64,000 bases of DNA from an uncultured Planctomycetota bacterium (GTDB taxonomy: Bacteria > Planctomycetota > Planctomycetia > Isosphaerales > Isosphaeraceae), in contig CAWJTV010000027.1 in the NCBI GenBank assembly GCA_963845755.1, positions 224,001 to 288,000 on the forward strand. Reading direction: 5' to 3'. How positions within the stretch are numbered: the stretch's first letter is position 1; every line of letters starts with the position of its first letter. A program made the position numbers and the translations under genes. A model generated the notes under the pieces. The model did no database searches and had not been told where the DNA came from. It saw only the letters and a program-made list of their open reading frames with translations. Positions 21,260 through 30,962 of the stretch are shown piece after piece.

Positions 21260-22105
21260 CTACAGCGATCCGTCCGGCCAGTCGCCGGAGAAGACCTCGG
21301 TGGCCGGTCCGGTCATGTAGACCGGCGCGTGGTCGTCGGGCCATTCCAGCTCGAGGTCGCCGCCGGGCAGGTGGGCCAGGATCGTGCGGCCGGAGCGCCT
21401 GGTGACCACGCCGGCCACGCAGACCGAGCAGGCGCCGGTGCCGCAGGCCAGGGTGATTCCCGAGCCGCGCTCCCAGGTGCGCATCGTGACCTCGTCCGGA
21501 CTCGAGACCTGCACGACATGCACGTTCACGCGCCTCGGGAACGCCGGGTGATTCTCGATCCGCGGCCCCATCGTTTCGAGCGGGAATGCCCCTGCATCAT
21601 CGACATAAATCACCGCGTGCGGGTTGCCCACGGAGACGGCGGTCACGGCGAACGTCTGGCCGTCGATCGCGATTGGCGCATCGATCGGTGGCTCGCCGGT
21701 CAGGAGGGTCGGGATCCGCGCCGGGTCGAGGATCGGCGTGCCCATGTTCACGCGGACGCGGCGGACCTTTTTCCCGTCCACCTCCAGGTCGAGCGTGAGG
21801 ACGCCCCGACCCGTCTCGATCCTCAGCCGGTCCTTCCGCACGACGTCGTGATCGTAGAGATACTTGGCGACGCAACGGATGCCGTTGCCGCACATCTCGC
21901 CTTCGGAGCCGTCGGCGTTGAACATCCGCATCCGCGCATCGGCCTGCTCGGAGGGCATGATCAGGATCAGGCCGTCGCCCCCGATCCCGTAATGGCGGTC
22001 GCTCACCGCCACCGCCAGCTTGGCCGGTTCGGCCGGCGCCTTCTGGTCGAAGGTGGAAACGTAGACGTAATCGTTGCCGATCCCATGCATCTTCGTGAAT
22101 CGCAT
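21260..22105 (-). CDS. dapF: Diaminopimelate epimerase
   Basis: FTKMHGIGNDY, EMCGNGIRC, GNPHAV, ERGSGITLACGTGAC. Confidence 0.97.
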   Translation of the reverse strand: MRFTKMHGIGNDYVYVSTFDQKAPAEPAKLAVAVSDRHYGIGGDGLILIMPSEQADARMRMFNADGSEGEMCGNGIRCVAKYLYDHDVVRKDRLRIETGRGVLTLDLEVDGKKVRRVRVNMGTPILDPARIPTLLTGEPPIDAPIAIDGQTFAVTAVSVGNPHAVIYVDDAGAFPLETMGPRIENHPAFPRRVNVHVVQVSSPDEVTMRTWERGSGITLACGTGACSVCVAGVVTRRSGRTILAHLPGGDLELEWPDDHAPVYMTGPATEVFSGDWPDGSL

Positions 22106-22363
22106 CAGTCGATCATCCCGCTCGAGACGTCTCGGGTCAATGCGTGGTTTCCGCCAGGGCCGGCCGAGCCCTCTTGCCGTGCCGGCGACGCCTCCAGTGA
22201 GGGAATCTCGACCAAGTCGCGCGGCGAGATTCGCCAAAACCCGTATAATTCTGAGAATCGGGTCATCATCACCACCCGAACAATGCAATCATGCGAGAAG
22301 GATTCGTCCATCCCGACCGAAGGCTTGGGACTGATTTCGATTTTCCGACAGGGAGAATGCTCG

Positions 22364-23452
22364 ATGTCTCGAATCGCTCGAACCGGCCTGTTGACCGTGA
22401 TTGTCCTGGGCATGACGGCCGTGGGCAAGGGGCAAGATCCGACCGTGCCGCAGGGTGCGGCGCCTTCCGGCCCGGGTGCCGTCGGCGGCGTCCCGGTCGA
22501 CCCCCGTACGAATGACGTGCTGGCCACCGTGACCAGTCGCAACCGAACCACCAAGATCACCCGGGGAGAGCTCGTGGGCCTCTTGAGGAATTTCTCCCTG
22601 CCGGCCGGTGAGGAGCCGGAGGCCATCTATCGTCAGGCCATGGACATGATGGCCAACGACGCGATGCTGAACCACTTCCTGGCGAGCCAGAACGTCCCCG
22701 TACCCTCGGCCAAGCTCGAAGAGCAGCTCGATCTGTTCAAGGAGCAACTCAAGAAGCAGGGACAGGATCTGCCCACCTTCCTCAACGCAACCGGCACCTC
22801 GCTGGAAGAACTCCGCAAGAAGACCGAGGACCGCATGCGATGGAAGGAGTATGCCAACGTGAGGGGGACCGACGCCGAGCTCCGGAAATACTTGAACGGC
22901 AATCGCGACCGGTTCAGCGGGACGCTCGTCCGTGCCAGCCACATCCTTCTCAGGGTGGATCCCAAGGCCGGCGAGGCCGAGAAGGAAAAGATCCGGCAGA
23001 GGCTGGCCGGCATCCGGAATGACATCCTTCAGAGCAAGTTGACGTTCGCCGAGGCCGCGAACAAGTATTCGGTCGATCCGCACAACGAGGGCGGCGCGGG
23101 GGGCGAGCTCGATTGGTTCCCGATCGAAGGCACGGTCGTCGAGGAATTCGCCGTGCCGGCGTTCAAGCTCAAGAAGGGCGAGATCTCCCAACCCGTCGAG
23201 ACACCCTACGGCCTCCACCTGATCCAGGTCACCGACCGCAAGGAAGGCAAGCTGCCCGACTTCGAGCAGTACAAGGTCTACATCCGGAATGCCTTCGATG
23301 CCGAGCTCCAGAAGAACCTGGTGACCGCGGAACGCAAGGAGGCCAAGATCGACGTCAAGCCGATGCCGAAGGACCTGTTCGGTCCGCCTCAGTCTCAGCC
23401 CGCCGTGCCCGCCGTGCCCGCCGCCGCCGGGACGGGCACGCCGAAGTCCTGA
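22364..23452 (+). CDS. PpiC/parvulin-type peptidyl-prolyl isomerase (PrsA/SurA-like)
   Basis: Signal peptide, VRASHILL, FAEAANKYSVD, GGELDWF, GEISQPVETPYGLHLIQV. Confidence 0.9.
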   Translation: MSRIARTGLLTVIVLGMTAVGKGQDPTVPQGAAPSGPGAVGGVPVDPRTNDVLATVTSRNRTTKITRGELVGLLRNFSLPAGEEPEAIYRQAMDMMANDAMLNHFLASQNVPVPSAKLEEQLDLFKEQLKKQGQDLPTFLNATGTSLEELRKKTEDRMRWKEYANVRGTDAELRKYLNGNRDRFSGTLVRASHILLRVDPKAGEAEKEKIRQRLAGIRNDILQSKLTFAEAANKYSVDPHNEGGAGGELDWFPIEGTVVEEFAVPAFKLKKGEISQPVETPYGLHLIQVTDRKEGKLPDFEQYKVYIRNAFDAELQKNLVTAERKEAKIDVKPMPKDLFGPPQSQPAVPAVPAAAGTGTPKS

Positions 23453-23490
23453 AACGAAACGGGTGAGCCCCAGAAACCCCACCTGGAGAC

Positions 23491-23558
23491 CTGGTAGGGT
23501 GCGCCGAGAGCACCGGGGGCGGGGCTTGCGCTTCGGTGCTCACGGCGCACCCTACCAG
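23491..23558. repeat. REPIN-like inverted doublet of the RAYT-associated REP
   Basis: GTAGGGTGCGCCGAGAGCACC (23494-23514) and GGTGCTCACGGCGCACCCTAC (23535-23555) between convergent genes. Confidence 0.9.
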
Positions 23559-23586
23559 CCGCCTGCGCGGCTCCTCGTACACCCTC

Positions 23587-25182
23587 TCAGTTGACCCTGC
23601 CCGCGGCGGACGTCGCGAGGTCGTCGACCGGCCGGGCCGGCTTGCCCGCCCCCAGCACGCTGTGATTGGCACCGTAGAGGAAATAGATCACCAGTCCGAT
23701 GACCATCCAGACTACCAGTCGAATCCAGGTGTCCCGCGGTAGCGTGACCATCAGGATGAAGGCCGTGATGACTCCCATCGGCGCCGTGAACCAGATGGCC
23801 GGGGCCTTGAATGGACGCTCGACGTCCGGCTGGGTGATCCGCAGGTAGAGGACGCCGCCCGAGACGACCGCGAAGGCGAAGAGCGTCCCGATCGAGGTCA
23901 GCTCGCCCGCGACGCTCAGCGGCACCAGGCCCGCCGCCGTCATCACGATCAGGCCGGTGATGATCGTGGTGATGTACGGCGTGCGGAACCGAGGATGAAT
24001 CTTCGCGACGATCGGCGGCAGGAGGCCGTCCTTCGACATCGCGTAGAAGATCCGCGGCTGGCTCATCAGCATGACCAGGATGACCGAGCTGAGCCCCGCG
24101 ATGGCGCCGATCTTGACGTAGAACGAGAGCCAGGGCTTCTGCATGGCGTCGGTGGCCACGGCGACCGGGTCGGGGACGTGCAGTTGCTTGTAGTTCACCA
24201 CGCCGGTCAGCACCAGCGCACCGACGCAGTACAGGATCGTGCAGATGATCAGCGAGCCGATGATCCCGATCGGCATGTCGCGCTGGGGATTCTTGGCCTC
24301 CTGGGCGGTCGTCGAGACGGCGTCGAAGCCGATGTAGGCGAAGAAGACGACGCCGGCGGCACGGAAGATCCCGCTCCAGCCGTAATGGAACCACTCTTCC
24401 GAAGGCGGGATGAAGGGGCCGCCCCAGTTCGCCGAGTTGATCATGGGGAGCCCGAGTGCGATCAGCAGGACGAGGATCGAGACCTTGATGAAGACGATGA
24501 CATTGTTGACCCGCGCCGACTCGCTCACGCCGAAGACCAGCAGCGCCGTGACGAGCGCGACGATGACCATGGCCGGCATGTTGATGATGGCCGTGACCTG
24601 GGGATAGCTCGAGAAATCGAAGCCCGCTTCCAGGAGCCGCTCCTTGACCGAATCCAGCATCGACCAGCCGTGTCGCAGGTGGAGTTGCGCGGCGATCTCG
24701 TCGGGGACCTGGACCATGACCGTGCCGGGCGAGGCGAGGAACCGTGCGGGCAGGTCGATCCCGCGATCGTGCAGGAAGCTGGCGACGTAGCCCGACCAGT
24801 TGATCGCGACCGTCGTGGCGCCGACCATGTATTCGAGGATCAGATCCCAGCCGATCAGCCAGGCGATGAACTCGCCCATGGTCGCGTACGCGTAGGTGTA
24901 GGCCGAGCCGGCGACCGGGACCGTCGAGGCCATCTCGGCGTAACACAGGCCGGCGAACGCGCAGACGATCCCGCCGAGGATGAACGAGATCGAGATGGCC
25001 GGCCCGGCGAACTTCGCCGAGGCCTCTCCGGTCAGCCCGAAAAAGCCGGCGCCAATGACGGCGCCGATCCCGAGCATGATCAAGTTCGTGCCGGTAAGTG
25101 TCCGCTGCAGAGTGTGCTCGTTACTCTCGGCCGCCTCGGCCTTGAGCGCGGCTATCGACTTTCGTGCCCACAGATTTGCCAT
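23587..25182 (-). CDS. APC family amino acid permease
   Basis: [36 protein letters not shown], many TM helices. Confidence 0.95.
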   Translation of the reverse strand: MANLWARKSIAALKAEAAESNEHTLQRTLTGTNLIMLGIGAVIGAGFFGLTGEASAKFAGPAISISFILGGIVCAFAGLCYAEMASTVPVAGSAYTYAYATMGEFIAWLIGWDLILEYMVGATTVAINWSGYVASFLHDRGIDLPARFLASPGTVMVQVPDEIAAQLHLRHGWSMLDSVKERLLEAGFDFSSYPQVTAIINMPAMVIVALVTALLVFGVSESARVNNVIVFIKVSILVLLIALGLPMINSANWGGPFIPPSEEWFHYGWSGIFRAAGVVFFAYIGFDAVSTTAQEAKNPQRDMPIGIIGSLIICTILYCVGALVLTGVVNYKQLHVPDPVAVATDAMQKPWLSFYVKIGAIAGLSSVILVMLMSQPRIFYAMSKDGLLPPIVAKIHPRFRTPYITTIITGLIVMTAAGLVPLSVAGELTSIGTLFAFAVVSGGVLYLRITQPDVERPFKAPAIWFTAPMGVITAFILMVTLPRDTWIRLVVWMVIGLVIYFLYGANHSVLGAGKPARPVDDLATSAAGRVN

Positions 25183-25341
25183 GATCTACCCTTACTCCGA
25201 TCAAGCCAGTGACATGGACCCCTGCGTCGTTCCCCGGTCCAATCCCCGAGCCTCGTCGCTCCTCCGGACACCCGCGGCCCTGGGGCGGTCCTGTCGGACG
25301 CGGCGCCCCAGGGGCCGATGTTCCCTCACGCGCACCCGCGA

Positions 25342-25953
25342 TCAGTTCCCCTTCGCATCGAGCTCCATGACCTCGATCTTCCGGATGGCGACATGGCACG
25401 TGGGGTCGTGGTGCTGGAAGGCGAAGTGGCCTTCCGTGAAACTGTTCTTCGGGTCCACGTAATCGACCGTGGTCTTGCCGTTGACCTTGATGACGATGTG
25501 ATCGCCGACCACCTCGACCTCCTGGGTGAACCAGGTATCGGGGGGCACCAGGATTTCCTTGACCGGCTTGTGATTGTAGAGCGAGCCGGTCTTGACGGGG
25601 TCCCCGTGGGTGCTGTTGATCTGGGCCTCGTACCCGTGCGGGAAGCCCCGCTCCTTCTTGGTCCGGAAGTACATCCCGGAATTGCCCTTGTCGTTGATCT
25701 TGATCTCGGCGCGGTAGCGGAAATTCTTGTAGTCTCCGCGCGGGCTGAACAGGTGCGAGGCCCTCCCCGAACAAGTCAGAGCCCCGTCCTCGACCTTCCA
25801 CCCGCCCGGGGTGCCATCGACGGTCGTCCAGCCGCTCAGGGTCTTGCCGTCGAAGAGTGAAACCCATTCGCCGGCCAGGGCCGAAGTCGTCGCCAGACCG
25901 TTCAACGCCATCCCCAGAATGCCCCAGGAGACGAGTGTGCGCAGGCGATCCAT
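25342..25953 (-). CDS. DUF1080 (3-keto-disaccharide hydrolase-like) protein
   Basis: WVSLFDGKTLSGW, GNSG, YEAQI, TGSLY, FQHHD. Confidence 0.9.
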   Translation of the reverse strand: MDRLRTLVSWGILGMALNGLATTSALAGEWVSLFDGKTLSGWTTVDGTPGGWKVEDGALTCSGRASHLFSPRGDYKNFRYRAEIKINDKGNSGMYFRTKKERGFPHGYEAQINSTHGDPVKTGSLYNHKPVKEILVPPDTWFTQEVEVVGDHIVIKVNGKTTVDYVDPKNSFTEGHFAFQHHDPTCHVAIRKIEVMELDAKGN

Positions 25954-26202
25954 GGATCGTAGGTCCTTTTCTGTGGGAGGGCGAGGCTCCGTCCGAGCCG
26001 GTCGTCTCTCCCGGGGAAAACGTCGCTGTTAGTGCCGCGGAGATAGCGAGTTTAAGCGAAGCCAACCCGCATGGCCAGTGGTCAGTGCTCGGTGGAGACG
26101 CTGGATCGACCGGTTCCGCTGGAGTACATTGAGGTCCACAGACTTGTCGCGAATACCGAGTCCTGGCACCCGCAGGGTGTCCGGCCATTCGAGGGGACTG
26201 CC

Positions 26203-26925
26203 ATGACGACGCGCCCGGACGGGAAGCATGTCACGTTTCGCGTAATCGGAGTGGTTTGCCTGCTGGCGACCGGACTGCCGGCCTGCGCAGGGGCCCGATA
26301 CGGTGAACCCCCAACCACGCGAGGGGGCGCCCGCAGAACTGCACCAGCGGTTCCTCCAGCGCGCAAGAAGGGGGGCGTAGACTTGCTCTTCCTCGGCGAT
26401 TCGATCACGCAAGGGTGGAATGATAATGAAGTCTGGAAGCGGTTCTATGGGCCCCGGAACGCGGCCAATTTCGGCATCGGCGGCGATCGGACCCAGCACG
26501 TCCTCTGGCGGATCCAGAACGGTGAGCTCGACGGCATCGAGCCCAAGGTTGTCGTGCTCATGATCGGCACGAATAACGCCGATAATGCGACGACCGACGA
26601 GATCGCCCAGGGCGTCACGGCGATCGTCGAGGGGCTACGGCACCGATTGCCCAAGGCCCGGATACTGCTCCTGGGCATCTTCCCGCGCGGTGAGAAGCCC
26701 AACGAAACGCGGGAGAAGCTCGGCACCGTCAATGCGAAGATCGCCGGGCTCGACGACGGCCGCCACGTCAAGTACCTCGACATCGGCAAGGCGTTCCTGA
26801 ACGAGGACGGTACGATCTCCCGGGAGATCATGCCGGACTTCCTCCATCTGAGCCCCAAGGGCTACCGGATCTGGGCCGACGCCATGGAGCCGACGCTCTG
26901 GTCCATGCTCGACGAGCCGCACTGA
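26203..26925 (+). CDS. SGNH/GDSL hydrolase (PAF-acetylhydrolase-like)
   Basis: FLGDSIT, NFGIGGDRT, IGTNN, PDFLHL. Confidence 0.92.
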   Translation: MTTRPDGKHVTFRVIGVVCLLATGLPACAGARYGEPPTTRGGARRTAPAVPPARKKGGVDLLFLGDSITQGWNDNEVWKRFYGPRNAANFGIGGDRTQHVLWRIQNGELDGIEPKVVVLMIGTNNADNATTDEIAQGVTAIVEGLRHRLPKARILLLGIFPRGEKPNETREKLGTVNAKIAGLDDGRHVKYLDIGKAFLNEDGTISREIMPDFLHLSPKGYRIWADAMEPTLWSMLDEPH

Positions 26926-26939
26926 AGAGGAGACATCCG

Positions 26940-27527
26940 ATGTCAGGAGATCGGAAGAAGCCCAGATTCCGGTATCGGATCAGGGACCTGATGATCCTCA
27001 ATGCGGTGATGGCCTTTTCCCTCGGCCTCGGGATGGCCATGAGCCAGCTCTTGAGCAAGAACACTCTCTTGGCTCGCGCGTTGACTACCAGCCTGATCGT
27101 CTTGCCGGCCACGATGTTGGTGATCGTCGGGCCGGTAGCCCTGGTCGAACTTTACTTGTACCGCAGGAAAAAGGGAACCTGGTATGGCCTTCAGAATCCG
27201 ACGAAACCTCGGCCGCAATACCAGAGGCCGACCGGGCTTCCGCCGGTTGACCCACGGATGCCGGTCCCGGCTTTTCTAGAGGACCACCCGTCTCCACCCA
27301 GGTCGCGAACGCGTCTCTTCGAGTCGAGTTCACCATCCGAGCCGGTTTCCCGGGCATCGCTCCTCCTCACGCTGGCCGGCCGGTTCGAGGATGCCGGGAG
27401 GATCGATGCCGCGGCGAAGGTTTACCACCAGATCCTCGATCGTTTCGCGGATGCGGCCGAGGCGCAAGACGCGGCTTGCCGGCTTCGTCGGCTCGGCGCG
27501 AAGAAAGAGCCGGCCCCGGATCGGTGA
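26940..27527 (+). CDS. Hypothetical membrane protein with TPR-like C-terminus
   Basis: Two TM helices, SD upstream, helical C-terminus. Confidence 0.65.
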   Translation: MSGDRKKPRFRYRIRDLMILNAVMAFSLGLGMAMSQLLSKNTLLARALTTSLIVLPATMLVIVGPVALVELYLYRRKKGTWYGLQNPTKPRPQYQRPTGLPPVDPRMPVPAFLEDHPSPPRSRTRLFESSSPSEPVSRASLLLTLAGRFEDAGRIDAAAKVYHQILDRFADAAEAQDAACRLRRLGAKKEPAPDR

Positions 27528-27582
27528 GCGAAGCTCAACCCACGAGAGGTTGACCCGACTGCCCAGATCGAAGGAGGGGACC

Positions 27583-27855
27583 ATGTTCCGGCATCGGATC
27601 AAGGACCTCATCATCCTGAACGCGGGTGTGGCGATCCTCTCCGCGTTCGTGATCGCCCTGAGCGGCTTCATTGGTCCGCCCTTGGCTGGCATCGTGGTCG
27701 CCGTGCCCATGTTGACGATGATCGTCATCGGGTCCCTGGTCTGGGTCGATGCCGACCTCCATCGCAAGAAGATGCGGGAGATTCTCCGACGTGGTGACGT
27801 CCGGCCGCTCGCCTGGCTCGAAGCGTACTTGAGCCGCAAGAAGCACGGGACCTGA
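27583..27855 (+). CDS. Small membrane protein, N-terminus similar to the upstream gene
   Basis: FRHRIKDLIILNA versus FRYRIRDLMILNA; AAGGAGG SD. Confidence 0.65.
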   Translation: MFRHRIKDLIILNAGVAILSAFVIALSGFIGPPLAGIVVAVPMLTMIVIGSLVWVDADLHRKKMREILRRGDVRPLAWLEAYLSRKKHGT

Positions 27856-28220
27856 TATCACCATCGGAATCCCAAGGAGCCTTCGTCTCATTCCACGACA
27901 GCCAATTCTGAGCTCGGGGTCCCTCACGTCCCCATGTCACTTTGATTTGTCCGTGCCCTGGGTTGCGAAGACTGGGCACCTTGGGAGAAAAATGCCGAAA
28001 GCCTTGGCGGGGTGATCCGTACGTCACACTGACGTGAAAGAAGCCTGGGTGCTTTGGGAGAAAAATTCCGAAAAGGCCGCGCTGGAAGGCGGGCTGTCTG
28101 CGCATACCAGTCTAGATGACGTTTCTGCGCAGGCCCTCGTGTGGGGTGGCAGGGATCGCTGTGCGCAGTTTGTGTTCCCTTGAATCCCGCGATCCACATC
28201 CACGCATGGGAGGCACCACG

Positions 28221-30411
28221 ATGAGACGATCGTTCCTGAATCACGGAAAGGCCACGGCCGGAGGACTGACGCGGGTCCTGCCGCTCATGCTCTTATCCGG
28301 CTTCATCTTGAACTGTCCTGGCGCGGTCCGGGGCCAGACCTGGAACGGCAGCGCATCCGCTTTCTGGAGCAATTCGAACAACTGGTCACCCAATACCGTC
28401 CCGAACGGGAGCACGGCAAACGTCTCCATCACGACGGCCACGAGTAGCTCCGTTGTGCTCGATTTCAACGCGACGATCGGCAACTTGACGATCAGTGCCC
28501 CCAACTCGTTGTACATGGCTGGAGTCGACTTGTACGTCGCGGGCACGTCGGTTGCCAACGCCGGCCAGATCAACGTCGGCGTGAGTGGTGAGGCGGCCAC
28601 CCTCTACGCAGACAACGCGGCCACCCTCTCGGTCACGGGGATCGGCGCGATCACGCTCGGCAACGCGAATTCCTATCTCGAGGGCTACAACGGCACGAAT
28701 AACATCGTGTTGAACCAGAGCACCATCAATGGCCAAGGCTACATCTACAACGTTAGCCTGAGCAATCTGGGGACCGTCAACGCCAATGTCGCTGGTGGGA
28801 CGCTCTGGATTTACGATGCGTCCGTCGTGAACGGCGGGACGCTCCAGGCCACCGGCGGCGGCACCCTCGAGATCTACAACACGTCGGTCATGAGCCAGGG
28901 AGGCACGATCTCGACCGACAGCAACTCCTCGGTGATCATCAGCGACTCCGCGCTCAACGGCAGCACCCTGACCAGCAGCGGCGGCGCGATGATCCACGGG
29001 ATCGACGGTACCTCACTCTCCGGAGTGACGGTCACGAGCGGGTCGACCTACTCGATCGATGCGAACAACTCCAACTATCTGGGCGGCACCCTGACCAACA
29101 ATGGGACGGTCTTGATCGGAGGCAAGGGAGGCGGCAGCACCCTGTACGCCGACGCCAATACGGTGACCCTCTCCGGCACCGGCGCGGTGACGCTCAACAA
29201 CGCCAACTCGTATATCGAGGGCTCCCGCATTTTCAACGACACCCTGGTGAATCAAAGCACCATCAACGGCCAGGGGTACATCTATAGTCTCACCTTGAAC
29301 AATCAGGGGACGATCGACGCCAACGTTCCGGGCGGGACGCTCTCCATCTATATCGCCCCCACGACCAACGACGGCATCTTGAGGGCCGACGCCGGCGCGA
29401 CCCTCAGTCTCGTCAATTCGACGCTGACGAACTTCGACAGCACCGGATCCGCCGCCGGGACGTTAACTGGCGGGACCTACGAGATCTTCAGCGGCACCAT
29501 GAACTTCTATAATGGAGGCTTCCTGAACAATATCGTGACGAATGCCGCGACCATCCTGCTGGACGGCTCGGCGGGGGCGCCGACGTTCGTCGACCAGAAC
29601 GGGAATAACGCGCTGGGGAACCTCTCGACCAACTCGGCGACCGGCAGCCTCACCATCCAGAATGGGGTGAGCCTCACGACGTTGCCGGTCGCCACCGGGT
29701 TCAGCAACTACGGGGCGATGACGATCGGCGCCCACAGCACGTTCACGGTCGGCGGGTCGAACGACTACGTTCAGTACAGCGGCACCACCACGCTGGGAGT
29801 CGCCGAGCAGCGTCCTCGCCGTCTCCGGCGGTGAGTCGGTCATCCTCCACGGCGGAACGCTCCAGGGCTTTGGGACGATCCACGGCAACCTCTCCAATTC
29901 CGGCGGCGTTATCCTGCCGGGCGAGATGGGAACGGCCGGGATGCTCACCGTCACCGGCAACTACTCGGAGGACTCGGGCTCATCTGTGCCGCATCTTTCC
30001 ATTCAGATCGGCGGCCCGGACGCGCTGCACGGACTGGCGCAGTTGGACGTGGGTGGCACGGCTGCTCTGAACAATGGGTTGCTCGATCTCAGCCTGATCG
30101 GCGGCTTCAAGCCCTATAACGGCGAGCTCTTCGAGATCTTGACTTCGAGCGGCTTGAGCGGCATGTTCCGCGACAACACGATTGAACTCGGCAATGTCAC
30201 CTTCACGGTGGAGTACAGCCCGACCGGATACGCGAACGACGTGATCCTCGTGGCTCAGTTGAGCAGCGTTCCCGAGCCGTCCTCCTGGCTGCTGCTCGGG
30301 CTCGGTATGGCCGGCGCCGGGGCTCTTGCCGTCCGCCGATCCGGGAAAGTCTCCGTGCGATCGGGCGCCGTATCGTCTCGTTCACAACCCAGCATCCTGC
30401 ACGGGGACTGA
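28221..30411 (+). CDS. PEP-CTERM beta-helix / adhesin-like protein; frameshift near 29800
   Basis: Signal peptide, N/G/T/S-rich repeats (NQSTINGQGYIY twice), VPEPSSWLLLGLG. Confidence 0.88.
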
Positions 30412-30414
30412 ATC

Positions 30415-30950
30415 ATGTGCATGCGTCACAGGGGAATCGTCCTGTTCTTCGCGCTGCGCATTGACGGCGGTTCGCGCCCACGCCGGGCCGACCTCACTCA
30501 ACTACAACTTCATCGAGGGGAGTGACGGGCCCAATCCCGGCACCGTCGGCGCGATCGTCACGATCAGCGCACCCCCCTGCCGTCCCGAACGCGGGCTGGT
30601 CCAGTCCCGTTGCCGACAACTCGGTGATCCAGGCCTTCGAGATCGTCAACAGCGGCATCGGAACCCCCGCGACATACCTCGCGCAGGTCCTCTTCAACGT
30701 GAGCTCGAGCGATGGTCGGATCCTCGACGGAGGAGCCCTGACGGTCGTCGACTCCGGCGAGAACCCGGTTTATGCCGTGATTCTGTCACCCACGCCCGGG
30801 GCGACCTTCGTCAGAAACCTCGAGACGATCGGTACCTATCACGGTGAATTTGTCCTCGCGAACGCCGTCCCGGAGCCATCGACGCTGCTCTTGGCTGGCA
30901 CTGCCGCCGCAGTCGGGCTCGCACTTTGGGCCCATCGCCGGCGGGGGTGA
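30415..30950 (+). CDS. PEP-CTERM protein; frameshifted N-terminus
   Basis: VPEPSTLLLAGTAAAVGLALWAHRRRG. Confidence 0.8.
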
Positions 30951-30962
30951 CAGAGCGCCGCT

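Noticed and set aside
19401..21412. Diversity-generating retroelement TR/VR pair
   Set aside because: Mismatches are not adenine-specific and no reverse transcriptase is visible
21329..22363. N-terminal extension of the 707-aa PPIase ORF
   Set aside because: Antisense to dapF; the signal peptide and SD indicate a start at 22364
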